From contig JARIGS010000004.1 in NCBI GenBank assembly GCA_029288725.1, positions 15,132-79,131 of the forward strand: 64,000 nucleotides of DNA, written 5' to 3'. The notes beneath the pieces are model-generated. The model had not been told where the DNA came from. It did no database searches and saw only the letters and a program-made list of their open reading frames with translations. Numbering within the stretch: the first letter of the stretch is position 1; each line of letters opens with the position of its first letter. This DNA is from Candidatus Nomurabacteria bacterium (GTDB lineage Bacteria; Patescibacteriota; Minisyncoccia; Phycocordibacterales; UBA9973). The translations under genes were made by a program, and so were the position numbers. Below, in pieces: positions 1-9,775 of this stretch.

Positions 1-280
1 TCTTGATGTTGCACAGTTCTACTGTGCAGTACCGTACCCGAGCACTCCGTTGCACGAACAGGCATCCAAGGCTGGGCTGATACAGGTTCACGATCTAACA
101 AAGTATGAGCTTTGCAACCCAATTATGGATACCTTGGGCGGTCTGACCTATAAAGAAGTAGGAGCACTTCGCCAGCAGGCTATGCATCAGTTTTATGAAA
201 AGAAAAATCTCAATTTAGACATGCTGCAATCAAAGGCATTCAACAATTGGATTATTAACAAATGGACCCCGAGAATGTAA
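1..280 (+). CDS. C-terminal fragment of a protein truncated by the window start. The '...FYCAVPYPSTPLHEQASKAGL...' segment resembles the C-terminal region of radical-SAM/B12-binding-type enzymes.
   Basis: Reading frame is open from nt 2 to the stop at 278-280. The 'PYP(G/S)TPL' motif is weakly diagnostic. The ORF track starts it at a TTG at nt 50, but the frame continues upstream to the window edge. Confidence 0.35.
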   Translation, partial: LDVAQFYCAVPYPSTPLHEQASKAGLIQVHDLTKYELCNPIMDTLGGLTYKEVGALRQQAMHQFYEKKNLNLDMLQSKAFNNWIINKWTPRM

Positions 281-287
281 CTTCTAC

Positions 288-320
288 AATCCCTTGCCAA
301 GAGCAGGGGATTTTTATTTT
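288..320 (+). terminator. Rho-independent terminator (imperfect GC stem AATCCCTTGC/GCAGGGGATT followed by TTTTTATTTT).
   Basis: Hairpin plus T-run immediately after the stop at 280. Confidence 0.6.
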
Positions 321-492
321 CCCAAAATACGGTCATTAAAACGCGAAGGGCAACACATCTCCGATCTCTTCCAGAAAACCTCACACGGTCCAATTCTGGG
401 CCAATTACGCTTTCTTTAGGTCGGCAATGATCCTTAACTTCTCTCGAATTCCAGCCATATATTCGTGATCGTAGAGCACCGTAAGATGTAAA

Positions 493-1149
493 ATGCTAGG
501 ACGACCCAAGAAACAAGTAGGGGGTAATTCCTTAAAATATAATATATTGACAAACAGCTTTAAAAGTATAGGATCATTGGTGATGATTTTAGCTATTCTA
601 AACGCAATTGATGCAACATTAGTTTGGCTCACAAGTGGTGTTGAGAATCACCCAAGTTTGGCGGTGTTATGCGCGGGAGCTTTTGTTTTTATCGTGTACC
701 TAGCTCAAAAAAGCAACGACAGAAGTAACGCGGCGAAACTTATTCTTCAAGAAATAAGATATGCTGAACAAAAAGTTCAAAATTTTAAAGGCCACGGCTC
801 CTATAATTTAAATGAAAAAGTGTTGCCAACAAATAATTGGAATAATAACATTAGTCTTTTCGTAAAAGAACTGGGAGAGACAGAGATTGATCAAATCAGT
901 GATTTTTATTCCAGTGCTGCTCGTTTAGATGAAGTTCTTAAGGCGGTGGCAGATTTTAGAAATAAGCAGGCAATTGAATCTCCTGATGGCCCAGGTACAG
1001 GAACCATATTTACCACAACGGCCGATCTCCCAAAAACCGCAGGAGATTTGATAAAGAAAATTTCAGAAGGAATTACAACTCTGTACAATACTCCAGCAAC
1101 AAGCAAGTTACGACAATTTGCTGATAGAAAATGGTATCAAAAATTATAA
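493..1149 (+). CDS. Hypothetical membrane protein with two predicted TM helices near the N-terminus. The start is uncertain; ATG 583 is an alternative.
   Basis: Long ORF with hydrophobic segments 'SLVMILAILNAIDATLVWLTS' and 'LAVLCAGAFVFIVYLAQ'. No recognisable family motif. Confidence 0.45.
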   Translation: MLGRPKKQVGGNSLKYNILTNSFKSIGSLVMILAILNAIDATLVWLTSGVENHPSLAVLCAGAFVFIVYLAQKSNDRSNAAKLILQEIRYAEQKVQNFKGHGSYNLNEKVLPTNNWNNNISLFVKELGETEIDQISDFYSSAARLDEVLKAVADFRNKQAIESPDGPGTGTIFTTTADLPKTAGDLIKKISEGITTLYNTPATSKLRQFADRKWYQKL

Positions 1150-1188
1150 ACGAAATTTTATGGGTGTGTTAAAATTAATCTACATTGT

Positions 1189-1518
1189 ATGGCAATAAAA
1201 GTTATAAAAATTGAACCAGCCAATCTTGGTATCGCGGGAGATCCTATTGCAGCACACAAAGCCGTTGAATGGTTTGTTTGGGTAAATGAAAGTAATCAAA
1301 CAAGTGGCAAAACTTCTAGAAAAGATATGTATAACTGGATTGTTAATCAAAAGGGACAAGCTTATATAAATGTAGGTGGGCAGACCGCACGGCTTTTTGG
1401 TGCACTTAGTCAAACAGGCGAACAGTATATTCAGGCAGCTAAAGATGGAAAATGGGTAAATGACCTACTTGAATTGTCAGACAAAACTGCACCCTCAACA
1501 CCTGTTGGAGCAGTGTAA
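1189..1518 (+). CDS. Hypothetical small protein (109 aa).
   Basis: Intact ORF followed by a hairpin terminator. No recognisable motif. Confidence 0.45.
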   Translation: MAIKVIKIEPANLGIAGDPIAAHKAVEWFVWVNESNQTSGKTSRKDMYNWIVNQKGQAYINVGGQTARLFGALSQTGEQYIQAAKDGKWVNDLLELSDKTAPSTPVGAV

Positions 1519-1539
1519 TTTGAGGAAATTTTAAAAAAG

Positions 1540-1573
1540 AAAGCTCTCCCTCAAGATGAGGGAGAGCTTTCTG
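1540..1573 (+). terminator. Hairpin terminator (AAAGCTCTCCCTCA / TGAGGGAGAGCTTT).
   Basis: 14-bp perfect stem seen in sequence. The T-run is weak. Confidence 0.55.
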
Positions 1574-1586
1574 CTATACTTGGTCT

Positions 1587-2087
1587 ATGGCTGAATACCC
1601 TGCAACAACTAAGGACAACAAATGCATTTTTTGTGAAATTGTTTCTGGTGCTCTGGAGACTCCTGGTATCTTTTGGGAAAACGACGAGTTTATGGCAGTA
1701 CTTGCAATTGATCCGAATACCGAAGGGTTTACCTCTATAATCCCAAAACAGCATTATGGAAGTGATGTTCTCAAAATGCCTGATGATGTTCTATCTCGAT
1801 TTATCCTTGCTTCAAAAGAGGTTAGTCAGATTCTTGAAAAATATTTTGAAGACGTAGGAAGAGTAGGGGTGTTAATGGAAGGCACGGGTATTGATCATGC
1901 ACATATAAAATTGATGCCACTTCACGGAACACAGGACTTGAAGAATGGAGAATGGAAACAGTATTTTTGTGATCAGGAATTATGGTTCGATAAGTACGAA
2001 GGTTGGATTGCTTCTGCCGGGGGTCCAATTGCAGAAGTTTCCAAGCTGAAAACGTTGGCTGAAGGACTAATAAAGTCTCAACAATAA
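1587..2087 (+). CDS. HIT-family (histidine triad) nucleotide hydrolase/transferase.
   Basis: N-terminal 'CIFCEI' and a histidine triad 'IDHAHIKLMPLHG' (H-x-H-x-H). Confidence 0.85.
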   Translation: MAEYPATTKDNKCIFCEIVSGALETPGIFWENDEFMAVLAIDPNTEGFTSIIPKQHYGSDVLKMPDDVLSRFILASKEVSQILEKYFEDVGRVGVLMEGTGIDHAHIKLMPLHGTQDLKNGEWKQYFCDQELWFDKYEGWIASAGGPIAEVSKLKTLAEGLIKSQQ

Positions 2088-2179
2088 GCGGTTTTTCTTT
2101 AATACTTTTTTAGAAAAATTTTAACTATGAAAGGGTATGATGCGGAAAAATCATTTGTTCACCCTACAATTTAACTACC

Positions 2180-2620
2180 ATGATAGCACTCGTATCGTAT
2201 AACGATTGTCCTCATTTTCCTCGCGGTATTACCGTCATTGACGGTATAGAAGTACTTTTTTTGCCAAGGACTTTTCCTCAAAAAAAGTCGGCCCTCGTGT
2301 CTGCCGATGATGAAAACTGCCGCCTCCTTATGCAATACATTGATATCTTGGATGGGGTTAACATTTTTGTCGGAAAGAAATCATCAGGATCACTAGAGAT
2401 TATTTCACTGTTCTGTTCTTTATTTAAGAGTAAAGAAGAGAAACTTTTCTTTACGCTCTGTGATCATGATGAGCCGGAAAAAATACAATTACTCTCATCT
2501 CTTGGAATCGGTGAGAAGCAGTGGGTGGTGTTTAAGGACGGTCATACCCAATGCAAAGAATGGTATTGGATGTATGGCTGGATGATGTATACCATCAAAG
2601 AGTCTATCATGGCAGAATAA
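2180..2620 (+). CDS. Hypothetical protein (146 aa).
   Basis: Intact ORF ending directly at a hairpin terminator. No family motif recognised. Confidence 0.45.
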   Translation: MIALVSYNDCPHFPRGITVIDGIEVLFLPRTFPQKKSALVSADDENCRLLMQYIDILDGVNIFVGKKSSGSLEIISLFCSLFKSKEEKLFFTLCDHDEPEKIQLLSSLGIGEKQWVVFKDGHTQCKEWYWMYGWMMYTIKESIMAE

Positions 2621-2649
2621 AAAACCGTTTAGCGGTTTTTTATTTTTTG
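2621..2649 (+). terminator. Rho-independent terminator (AAAAACCG ttta CGGTTTTTT + T-run).
   Basis: Seen in sequence immediately after the stop at 2620. Confidence 0.7.
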
Positions 2650-2706
2650 GTTCTGTTTCGATGTGCTTTTTTGCTATACTATTACTGTTCACTTAATTAC
2701 TCTTTC

Positions 2707-3369
2707 ATGAAAATTCTCATAATTGAAGATGAGCCCGATATCGCAAACTTTTTGAAAAAGGGACTTACGGCCGAAATGTGCGTGGTTGAGGTTGCGGCTA
2801 CCGGCAAGGAGGGTATTGCCTGCGCGCGCAACAATTCCTATGATGCCATCATTCTTGACTTCCATCTCGGTGACATGACCGGTGTGGAAATCTCCGCTGC
2901 GATCAGAACATACAAACCTTCTATTCCCATTTTGGTCCTCAGTGTTGAGCGGGATATGGATATCAAGGTTGATATGCTTTCAATCTGCGATGACTATATG
3001 ACCAAGCCGTTCTCGCTTCGTGAGTTGACTGTGCGTCTTCACGCTCTAACCCGTCGTGGTACCGTCATGCGCAGCGATATCATGGAAGCCGGCGGTATTG
3101 TCCTCGACTCAACCAAATACACGGTTACCCTTGATGGCAACCCTATTGCTTTTCGCCACAAAGAGTTCGCTCTGCTTGAATACTTCATGCAGCATCAGGA
3201 TATTGTCCTGTCGCGCGAAATGATTCTTTCCCATGTTTGGGACATGAATGCTGACCCTTTCACCAATACCGTCGATACCCATGTACGTCTGCTCCGCAAA
3301 AAGCTGGAGATCGATGGCCATACCTTCATTCATACCGTACCGAAGCGCGGCTATCGTTTTTCCGTCTAA
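2707..3369 (+). CDS. OmpR/PhoB-family response regulator (receiver domain plus winged-helix domain).
   Basis: 'MKILIIEDEPDI...', phospho-acceptor region 'IILDFHLGDMTG', C-terminal wHTH '...VDTHVRLLRKKLE...PKRGYRF'. Start refined to ATG 2707 inside the longer track ORF. Confidence 0.9.
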   Translation: MKILIIEDEPDIANFLKKGLTAEMCVVEVAATGKEGIACARNNSYDAIILDFHLGDMTGVEISAAIRTYKPSIPILVLSVERDMDIKVDMLSICDDYMTKPFSLRELTVRLHALTRRGTVMRSDIMEAGGIVLDSTKYTVTLDGNPIAFRHKEFALLEYFMQHQDIVLSREMILSHVWDMNADPFTNTVDTHVRLLRKKLEIDGHTFIHTVPKRGYRFSV

Positions 3370-3464
3370 GGTTTTACCTTTTGTTTAAGTTTTTTTCATT
3401 AGTGTTTTACTAAAATTGTAATTGAATTTGTTTTATTTTCTTTTCACAATTTAAAAAAACACAC

Positions 3465-4439
3465 ATGAGAACAATTGAATGTCCAAAACCGCCTGAACAA
3501 AAAAGTTATGAGGCGGACACGATCTATCGCGTACTATCAAAGGATGACCCTATTTTTTACCGCGAAAGAACCGATCGAAACGAAGGGTTTATCGCGCTCA
3601 GTGATCAGCAAATGATTCGAAAAAAAGTCATTGGCGTTGCAGGGTGTGGTGGCATGGGAGGGTTACTTTCAGAAACATTGGTGCGATTGGGTATTGGCGA
3701 GATACATCTTGCCGACCTTGAGCTATTTGATATTTCCAACATTAATCGCCAGCTTTGTAGCACCTCTCTAAGTATTGGCAAACCAAAATTGCCTGAAACC
3801 GCTGAAAGACTTAACATCGTTTCCCCGGATGTTTGTCTCGAGTTGTATCATGAAGGCATTACGAAAAATAACGCATCGTACTTTCTTAGAAATTGCCTAT
3901 TTGGTTTGGATGAAATGGAGTTTTGGGCCCTTGGTTCAAAGATCGCATTTCATGAAGCGGCTCGTAAGCTAGGAATAACCGTGTTTACCGTACCGGTTGT
4001 AGGGCATGGCTTTTACATCTTTAAGTTCACCCCTGGCGGTATGACCATTGAAGAGGTGTTAGGCATGGATTATGAAGAGGCAATGATGTTGCAGATTAAA
4101 ATGCAAACAAGAACCGCAACGCTGAAAGAGGTTCGTAGGGCAATGAATGCGATGTTACGTTTAGTGACACCAGAGGGAATTCCTGAGTACTGCAAGGATA
4201 CTACCAAGCGCAGTACGACCCAAAGAGTGTTGGAAAGACTCGAGATGTACAACACGGCTTCAATTATTGCCACCACTCCTCCCATGGCATCAGGTGCCTT
4301 ATCAAGTGTCTTGTTATTTCACATCATGCAAGAGTCTGAATTTGAAATGAATTATGTATTAACCCCAGAAATGCCGGGGTATCAGATGTTTGACGCTGCT
4401 CGCTGGATAGCAAAGACACACGTAGGAAAATGGTGGTAA
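3465..4439 (+). CDS. ThiF/MoeB/E1-like adenylyltransferase-family protein with a ~130-aa C-terminal extension and no CxxC zinc motif.
   Basis: Nucleotide-binding 'GVAGCGGMGG' and 'LADLELFDISNINRQ' (E1-like D-x-D...NLNRQ block). Confidence 0.8.
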   Translation: MRTIECPKPPEQKSYEADTIYRVLSKDDPIFYRERTDRNEGFIALSDQQMIRKKVIGVAGCGGMGGLLSETLVRLGIGEIHLADLELFDISNINRQLCSTSLSIGKPKLPETAERLNIVSPDVCLELYHEGITKNNASYFLRNCLFGLDEMEFWALGSKIAFHEAARKLGITVFTVPVVGHGFYIFKFTPGGMTIEEVLGMDYEEAMMLQIKMQTRTATLKEVRRAMNAMLRLVTPEGIPEYCKDTTKRSTTQRVLERLEMYNTASIIATTPPMASGALSSVLLFHIMQESEFEMNYVLTPEMPGYQMFDAARWIAKTHVGKWW

Positions 4440-4475
4440 CACAAAAGGTATAAACACACCTAAAAACAAGAAATC

Positions 4476-5090
4476 ATGGAAATTATTGATGTAATCGAAG
4501 AATTGGTTGTTACCGCTTCGGAAGGCGTAATAATCAAATTAGTTACCCCCGTATCTGCTGAGCGAAAAGCTGTTGAAGACTTTGTCTTGGAAGAGTATTA
4601 CCATCGTATGGGTGGCGTGCTTGCCTCTACACCGGAAATTATCTTTGCTGCATTTGAAGAAGGAGTAGTGGTCGGTACGATGGGGTTGGAGTTTCAGGAG
4701 TTGTGTGGATTAATGCCGTGTGAGCACACGTTTGCATTTGATGTTGCGTCGCTCAAGTTTGGTTTGAACCGCAATCGTACCGCACAATATACCCGGCGGA
4801 TTATTAGATCGGACTACAAGGATGGAGCAACGCTTGGCCCGAAACTGATTGCTGCTGTTACTCAATTTGCATTAAGCCAAGGAAAGCTATATGGATTTTG
4901 CGAATTGAAACCCCCACTACTACGGCTAACTTCAAAACTCGGTATCGAATTACATGAAGTAAAAGGTAGTACGATACTGAAAGACAGTGTTCATCCCGAT
5001 GTTGCGAGTTTTTATCTTGTCGAGCCTTATCCAAAGCTCTACCAGATAGAGCTCGTGCAGGTGCTTGAGGCAATAACAAAGAGAAAATAA
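4476..5090 (+). CDS. Hypothetical protein, possibly a GNAT-fold acyltransferase-like (signal-synthase-like topology).
   Basis: 204 aa. 'AAFEEGVVVGTMGL' beta-strand and 'RSDYKDGATLGPKLI...LSQGKLYGFCE' resemble the GNAT core, but no diagnostic motif is certain. Lies between the ThiF-like gene and the histidine kinase with 2-35 nt spacings. Confidence 0.35.
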   Translation: MEIIDVIEELVVTASEGVIIKLVTPVSAERKAVEDFVLEEYYHRMGGVLASTPEIIFAAFEEGVVVGTMGLEFQELCGLMPCEHTFAFDVASLKFGLNRNRTAQYTRRIIRSDYKDGATLGPKLIAAVTQFALSQGKLYGFCELKPPLLRLTSKLGIELHEVKGSTILKDSVHPDVASFYLVEPYPKLYQIELVQVLEAITKRK

Positions 5091-5092
5091 CA

Positions 5093-7135
5093 ATGCGTCG
5101 TAACCCAGGCACGTATGCCTGGGTTATTTTATTAAAACAATCTATAATCCTTATGCCACTTATCACCATGCAATTCGCTATTTTTCAATATATTGCCATT
5201 AGCATCTGCGGCATCTTCATTGCCGCTATTGGCTTGTATGTCCTATATGCCAATGCACGCCGGGCTATAAACCGATGGTTCTGCGTACTGAGCCTTGGCA
5301 TTGCCGCTTGGAACATAGGATTGTCATTGCTGTTCTTCTTTCATGATACGTTTTTTATTACCGTCATTTTGGACGGCGCGATATTGATTGCGGTCGGACT
5401 GTTTTATTTTGGTAAGGTCTTTCCAACAGGAGCGGTGAAAAAGAGGGAATGGTGGTATCTCATTCCGGCAGTTGCCACTGCCATCATGGTGCCGTTCGGT
5501 CTGGTTATTTCCAGCGTTGCAATTACTGCCACTGGATATTTGGCACCGCATAACGAATTTTTATTTCCCGTCTACGGACTTTCGCAGATGGTGTATGCCT
5601 TGGGAGGAGTGCACTTTCTCATACGGAAATACATGTATGCCGAAGGTCAGGCCCGTCAAAAACTGCGCTATTTCTTTTTTGGCATCATCGTACTGGTGTG
5701 TGTTGGCTTGCTCTGTGACGTGATCCTGCCAAGCTTTTCCCTCTATCAATTCAACCTCTTTGGCCCGCTTGCATCACTAGTGCTGGTGGTTGCTACCGCC
5801 TACAGTATCTTGCGCCATAACCTCATGGACATTAGCGTGGTCATTCAGCGCAGTGTCATTTATATCGTACTGCTTAGTGTCATCGTTGCTACTTATGCAT
5901 TTGGCTTGGAACTTGTTGGCTACTTGCTCTCCAAAATCACGAACGTAGCGGTGATTGTCAGTGCCGGGGCAACCATGGTACTCGGCATATTCTTCATGCA
6001 TCCGATTCGCACATACCTGGAGCGGGTGACTGATCCTATTTTCTTCAAGAATAAGTATGTCTATTCGGATGCCATTGCCCGGCTGTCACGCATGCTCAAT
6101 ACAACGATGAGTCAGGCTGACCTTGTTGCGGCGTCTTCGGCGGCATTAGAGGAATTGTTCAAGACATCGCAGGTCGCATTTCTGCTGGCCAACAAGGGTG
6201 AGGAAGCGTTGCCGGCATGGGCTTCCGATATTCGCGTATCACAACCGATTATTTTTGAACATACCGTGATAGGAAAAGTGATACTGGGAAAGAAGCGTTC
6301 CGGGGATGCCTATACTTCCCAGGATATGCAATTGCTTGAAACATTTCTCGACCAGGCTGCCGTGGCATTGGAAAAGGGTCGTCTCTATGAAAAGGTTGAG
6401 GAATACAATACTCAGCTCGAACGCTTGGTCGATGACCGTACCAAGGAAATACAGCATATTCAGGAGGAGCAGAAGCGCATGATGATTGATATTTCTCACA
6501 ACCTGCAAACGCCGCTCGCTATCATTAATAATGACCTTGAAACAATGGCAGACTATTATCCTGATCAGGATAAGATTTTTTCCGTGAAGCGGTCGTTTTT
6601 GCGCGTGTCAGAATTCATCAGGCAATTGCTGCACCTTGCTCGTCTTGATGGGGTGTACGACATCACTCTTACCACATTCGACCTCTCTGAATTTCTCCGA
6701 CAGCAGGTTGAGTATTTTGAGGTGATGGGAAATGAGCAGGATCTTGAGGTTACGGCTGATATCCAGGATGGCGTAGTGTTCACGGGTGACATGCGTCTGC
6801 TCGGCGAGGCATTTACGAACATTGCACAGAACGCCATTAAGTATCGTCGTGAGAATGTGAAAAGCACGCTGCACATTACGCTTCGCGATGATGATACGAC
6901 AGTCACTGTTTCCATTAAGGATAACGGTATGGGAATTGAGGCAAAAGACCTTTCTTCAATCTTCGACCGTTTCTATCGAACGTCCCGCAGTTCCCAGATA
7001 TCAAAAGGGTCAGGGCTCGGTTTGGCCATTGTGAAAAAAATTGTTGATATGCATCATGGCAGCATCGCTGTGCACAGTGTTCTACAGGAAGGAACAGAAT
7101 TTGTACTGACATTTCCCAAGACCATTACTGGCTGA
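5093..7135 (+). CDS. Sensor histidine kinase with a multi-TM N-terminal sensor, a HisKA domain and a HATPase_c domain.
   Basis: At least 7 hydrophobic helices N-terminally. H-box 'DISHNLQTPL'. ATP-lid 'DNGMGIEAKDLSSIFDRFYR...GSGLGLAIV'. Confidence 0.9.
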   Translation: MRRNPGTYAWVILLKQSIILMPLITMQFAIFQYIAISICGIFIAAIGLYVLYANARRAINRWFCVLSLGIAAWNIGLSLLFFFHDTFFITVILDGAILIAVGLFYFGKVFPTGAVKKREWWYLIPAVATAIMVPFGLVISSVAITATGYLAPHNEFLFPVYGLSQMVYALGGVHFLIRKYMYAEGQARQKLRYFFFGIIVLVCVGLLCDVILPSFSLYQFNLFGPLASLVLVVATAYSILRHNLMDISVVIQRSVIYIVLLSVIVATYAFGLELVGYLLSKITNVAVIVSAGATMVLGIFFMHPIRTYLERVTDPIFFKNKYVYSDAIARLSRMLNTTMSQADLVAASSAALEELFKTSQVAFLLANKGEEALPAWASDIRVSQPIIFEHTVIGKVILGKKRSGDAYTSQDMQLLETFLDQAAVALEKGRLYEKVEEYNTQLERLVDDRTKEIQHIQEEQKRMMIDISHNLQTPLAIINNDLETMADYYPDQDKIFSVKRSFLRVSEFIRQLLHLARLDGVYDITLTTFDLSEFLRQQVEYFEVMGNEQDLEVTADIQDGVVFTGDMRLLGEAFTNIAQNAIKYRRENVKSTLHITLRDDDTTVTVSIKDNGMGIEAKDLSSIFDRFYRTSRSSQISKGSGLGLAIVKKIVDMHHGSIAVHSVLQEGTEFVLTFPKTITG

Positions 7136-7157
7136 GGGGGAGTGCTATACTTTCAGT

Positions 7158-8201
7158 ATGAATAAGAAAACCATCTCCCTGATCTTTTTGGCCGTAGCAT
7201 TTTTTGTCGCTGCTCATACCGTTTCCGCCCACGAAGTCTACGTATTGAATCAGCAGACGGTCAGCTACGATGTCAGTCATCCTTCGCCTGATCCATTGAC
7301 GATGGTGAAGGGGGATAGCAGTGACTTCCTGCTGGCAACAATTGTGGGAGTGATTTTGGTGGGAGGAATATTTCTGATTTCCATTTCACGAAGATTAGAA
7401 AAAGCCCTTAACCCACTTCTCATAAAGGCAAAACGCTGGGCGCCTCTAGTGGCGCGATTGACGCTCGGCCTTAGTCTGCTGGCAGCAGCATATTATCGAG
7501 CACTGTTCGGTCCGGAAATTCCTTTGGAAAGCCTGGTCGGGCATTATGCCGGAGTGCTGCAAATAGTGCTTTATCTTATCGGCGTTCTCATCATTATGGG
7601 ATTGTTTGTCCGTCAGAGCGCGTTCATTGCATTGGTGATATTTATTATTGCGGTAATTGCTGAGCGCACCTACATGCTGACCTACGTCAACTATCTTGGT
7701 GAAATCATTGCCAACCTCGTGCTCGGCGGTGGATTGTGGTCGCTTGACCGTCATCTGAACAAGGCAACTATTGCGAATAGTGCCGCTCGTTGGAAGGAAA
7801 GATTGGAACCGTATGCATTTCCGACTTTGCGCGTACTCTTTGGTATTTCCGCGCTGTATGCCTCGTGGTATGCCAAGCTCTTTCATGCCAGCCTTGCCTT
7901 GGATACCGTGACTCAATATCACTTAACAAACTACTTCCACTTTCCCGCACTGTTTGTGGTGCTTGGAGCGTTGATTGTTGAAACACTCGTTGGTGTCTTT
8001 TTCATCCTAGGCATTGAGATTCGCTTTACCGCATTATTTTTTCTGATGTTCCTCACGCTCTCACTGTTTTTCTTCGGAGAAGTAGTCTGGCCGCATATCG
8101 TGCTGATTGGCGTAAACATTGCCTTTATCCTGCACGGCTATGATCGGTACTCACTGGAGGGTCACTTTTTTAAACGCAGGAAGATAGAGCCGGTATTATA
8201 A
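7158..8201 (+). CDS. Polytopic membrane protein with an N-terminal signal peptide (hypothetical).
   Basis: Signal-like 'MNKKTISLIFLAVAFFVAAHTVSA' followed by multiple long hydrophobic helices. Confidence 0.55.
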   Translation: MNKKTISLIFLAVAFFVAAHTVSAHEVYVLNQQTVSYDVSHPSPDPLTMVKGDSSDFLLATIVGVILVGGIFLISISRRLEKALNPLLIKAKRWAPLVARLTLGLSLLAAAYYRALFGPEIPLESLVGHYAGVLQIVLYLIGVLIIMGLFVRQSAFIALVIFIIAVIAERTYMLTYVNYLGEIIANLVLGGGLWSLDRHLNKATIANSAARWKERLEPYAFPTLRVLFGISALYASWYAKLFHASLALDTVTQYHLTNYFHFPALFVVLGALIVETLVGVFFILGIEIRFTALFFLMFLTLSLFFFGEVVWPHIVLIGVNIAFILHGYDRYSLEGHFFKRRKIEPVL

Positions 8202-8229
8202 TCTTGCTCACTATTGCTATACTATAGGT

Positions 8230-8784
8230 ATGGAACATAACAAGGCGATAGCGATATTTGGAGGAGGGTGCTTCTGGTGTACCGAAGCAGTCTTTAAGAT
8301 GATGAAGGGCGTGAGTTCGGTCCTGCCGGGATATGCTGGAGGAACAACCGATAATCCGACCTACGAGCAGGTATCAGAAGGAAATACCGGACACGCTGAG
8401 GTAGTACGCATTGAATACGATCCGACACAGGTGCGGTATGAGGATCTGCTAACGGTATTTTTCGGCAGTCATGATCCGACGACACTGAATCAGCAGGGGA
8501 ATGATATTGGCACGCAGTATCGCTCAGTTATTTTTTATACGAATGACGAGCAGAAGGCCGCGGCGGAATCATTCATTGCTGACATGAATGCCTCAAATAG
8601 TGCTGGTGCTCCGGTAGTGACGGAAGTCGTGCCATTTGAGAAGTTTTATGAAGCCGAGGATTACCACAAGGATTATTATGCCCATCATCAAAATGCCGGG
8701 TACTGCCAAGTGGTGATCAATCCAAAATTGGAAAAAGTCCAGAAACAGTTCGCTGACTTATTAGTAGCTATTAATAAAGAGTAA
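8230..8784 (+). CDS. msrA: Peptide methionine sulfoxide reductase A.
   Basis: '[12 protein letters not shown]' active-site motif. Length 184 aa. Confidence 0.9.
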   Translation: MEHNKAIAIFGGGCFWCTEAVFKMMKGVSSVLPGYAGGTTDNPTYEQVSEGNTGHAEVVRIEYDPTQVRYEDLLTVFFGSHDPTTLNQQGNDIGTQYRSVIFYTNDEQKAAAESFIADMNASNSAGAPVVTEVVPFEKFYEAEDYHKDYYAHHQNAGYCQVVINPKLEKVQKQFADLLVAINKE

Positions 8785-8788
8785 TTGT

Positions 8789-9208
8789 ATGGAAAACAAA
8801 TCCGCCGACGCTAACGCTATGGCGAGACAAAGAACCGAAGAAGAGTGGAAGAAGGAACTGACACCTGAGCAGTATGAGGTCTTGCGCGGCGGAGGCACTG
8901 AGGCACCATTCAAAGGAAAATATGTTCATGAAAATAGTGTTGGTACGTATGTCTGCATGGCCTGCGGCAATCCATTGTTCTCGTCCAGCACTAAGTTTGA
9001 TTCGAAAAGCGGCTGGCCGTCATTTGATGACGCATTGCCAGAAGCGGTAAAGTTTAAGGAAGATACTAGTCATGGTATGAGTCGGGTAGAGGTGGTCTGT
9101 GCCCAATGCGGTTCACACCTTGGCCATGTCTTTCCTGATGGTCCGGAGGAAACGACAGGGCAGCGATACTGTATTAATTCTGTCTGTCTCGATCTTAAAA
9201 AGGAATAG
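8789..9208 (+). CDS. msrB: Peptide methionine sulfoxide reductase B (zinc-binding).
   Basis: Two CxxC pairs ('CMACGNPLF', '[12 protein letters not shown]') and 'SGWPSF' motif. Confidence 0.9.
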   Translation: MENKSADANAMARQRTEEEWKKELTPEQYEVLRGGGTEAPFKGKYVHENSVGTYVCMACGNPLFSSSTKFDSKSGWPSFDDALPEAVKFKEDTSHGMSRVEVVCAQCGSHLGHVFPDGPEETTGQRYCINSVCLDLKKE

Positions 9209-9220
9209 TGCAAGAAATGA

Positions 9221-9272
9221 CAGATCGCAATAAAAAATCCCCCATTGCTGGGGGATTTTTTATTGCGATCTG
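9221..9272. terminator. 52-nt perfect hairpin (24-bp stem CAGATCGCAATAAAAAATCCCCCA / TGGGGGATTTTTTATTGCGATCTG, loop TTGC). Bidirectional terminator between msrB and a convergent minus-strand gene.
   Basis: Perfect inverted repeat read directly. A/T runs flank the G/C core on both strands. Confidence 0.75.
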
Positions 9273-9273
9273 C

Positions 9274-9693
9274 TTACTGAGAAACAGTAGTACTTGTTGT
9301 GGTAGTAGCAGAAGCCTTCTTTGCGGCCTTAGCAGCCTTTGCTGCTGCCTGTACTGCCTTGCGGTCAGTAGCAATTTTCTTAGCGTCAGCCTTAACAGTT
9401 GCCGCGTCAGTCTTTATCTTCGCCTTGTCAGCAGCAATAGCGGTCTTTGCTGTGCTGATGCCAGCAGTATCCTTAGCCTTCTTTGCTGTTGCAAGAGCCT
9501 TGGTGTCAGTTGCAAGCTGGATCTTGTCAGCTTTCACCGTAGCCTGATCGGTGACGTAGGCCTGGCGATCAGCTGCAAGCGTAGCACTTGCTGATGTTGA
9601 TACAGCTGGAGTGGTAGTCTGTGCTGATGCTACTGAGACGAATAGTCCGAGTGCAAGAGGGGCAATTGTTGCGGTAAGCAATGCTTTTTTCAT
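9274..9693 (-). CDS. Secreted low-complexity Ala/Lys/Thr-rich repeat protein with repeated 'KADxxKIATD' helical motifs.
   Basis: Signal peptide 'MKKALLTATIAPLALGLFVSVASA'. Start refined to ATG 9693 inside the longer track ORF. Last gene of the sigma/anti-sigma operon. Confidence 0.55.
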   Translation of the reverse strand: MKKALLTATIAPLALGLFVSVASAQTTTPAVSTSASATLAADRQAYVTDQATVKADKIQLATDTKALATAKKAKDTAGISTAKTAIAADKAKIKTDAATVKADAKKIATDRKAVQAAAKAAKAAKKASATTTTSTTVSQ

Positions 9694-9775
9694 ATGATAT
9701 AAAACGAGTAAGCAGCGATAAATACTAATATGGTGCCGGCTTACCCCCTTAATACGCGGAAAGGACAGGTTTCTT

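Noticed and set aside
3370-3464. Search for an MccA-like tiny precursor ORF or ubiquitin-like gene next to the ThiF-like gene
   Set aside because: No short ORF with a plausible start, and none ending in Asn or Gly-Gly, was found in the flanking intergenic regions.
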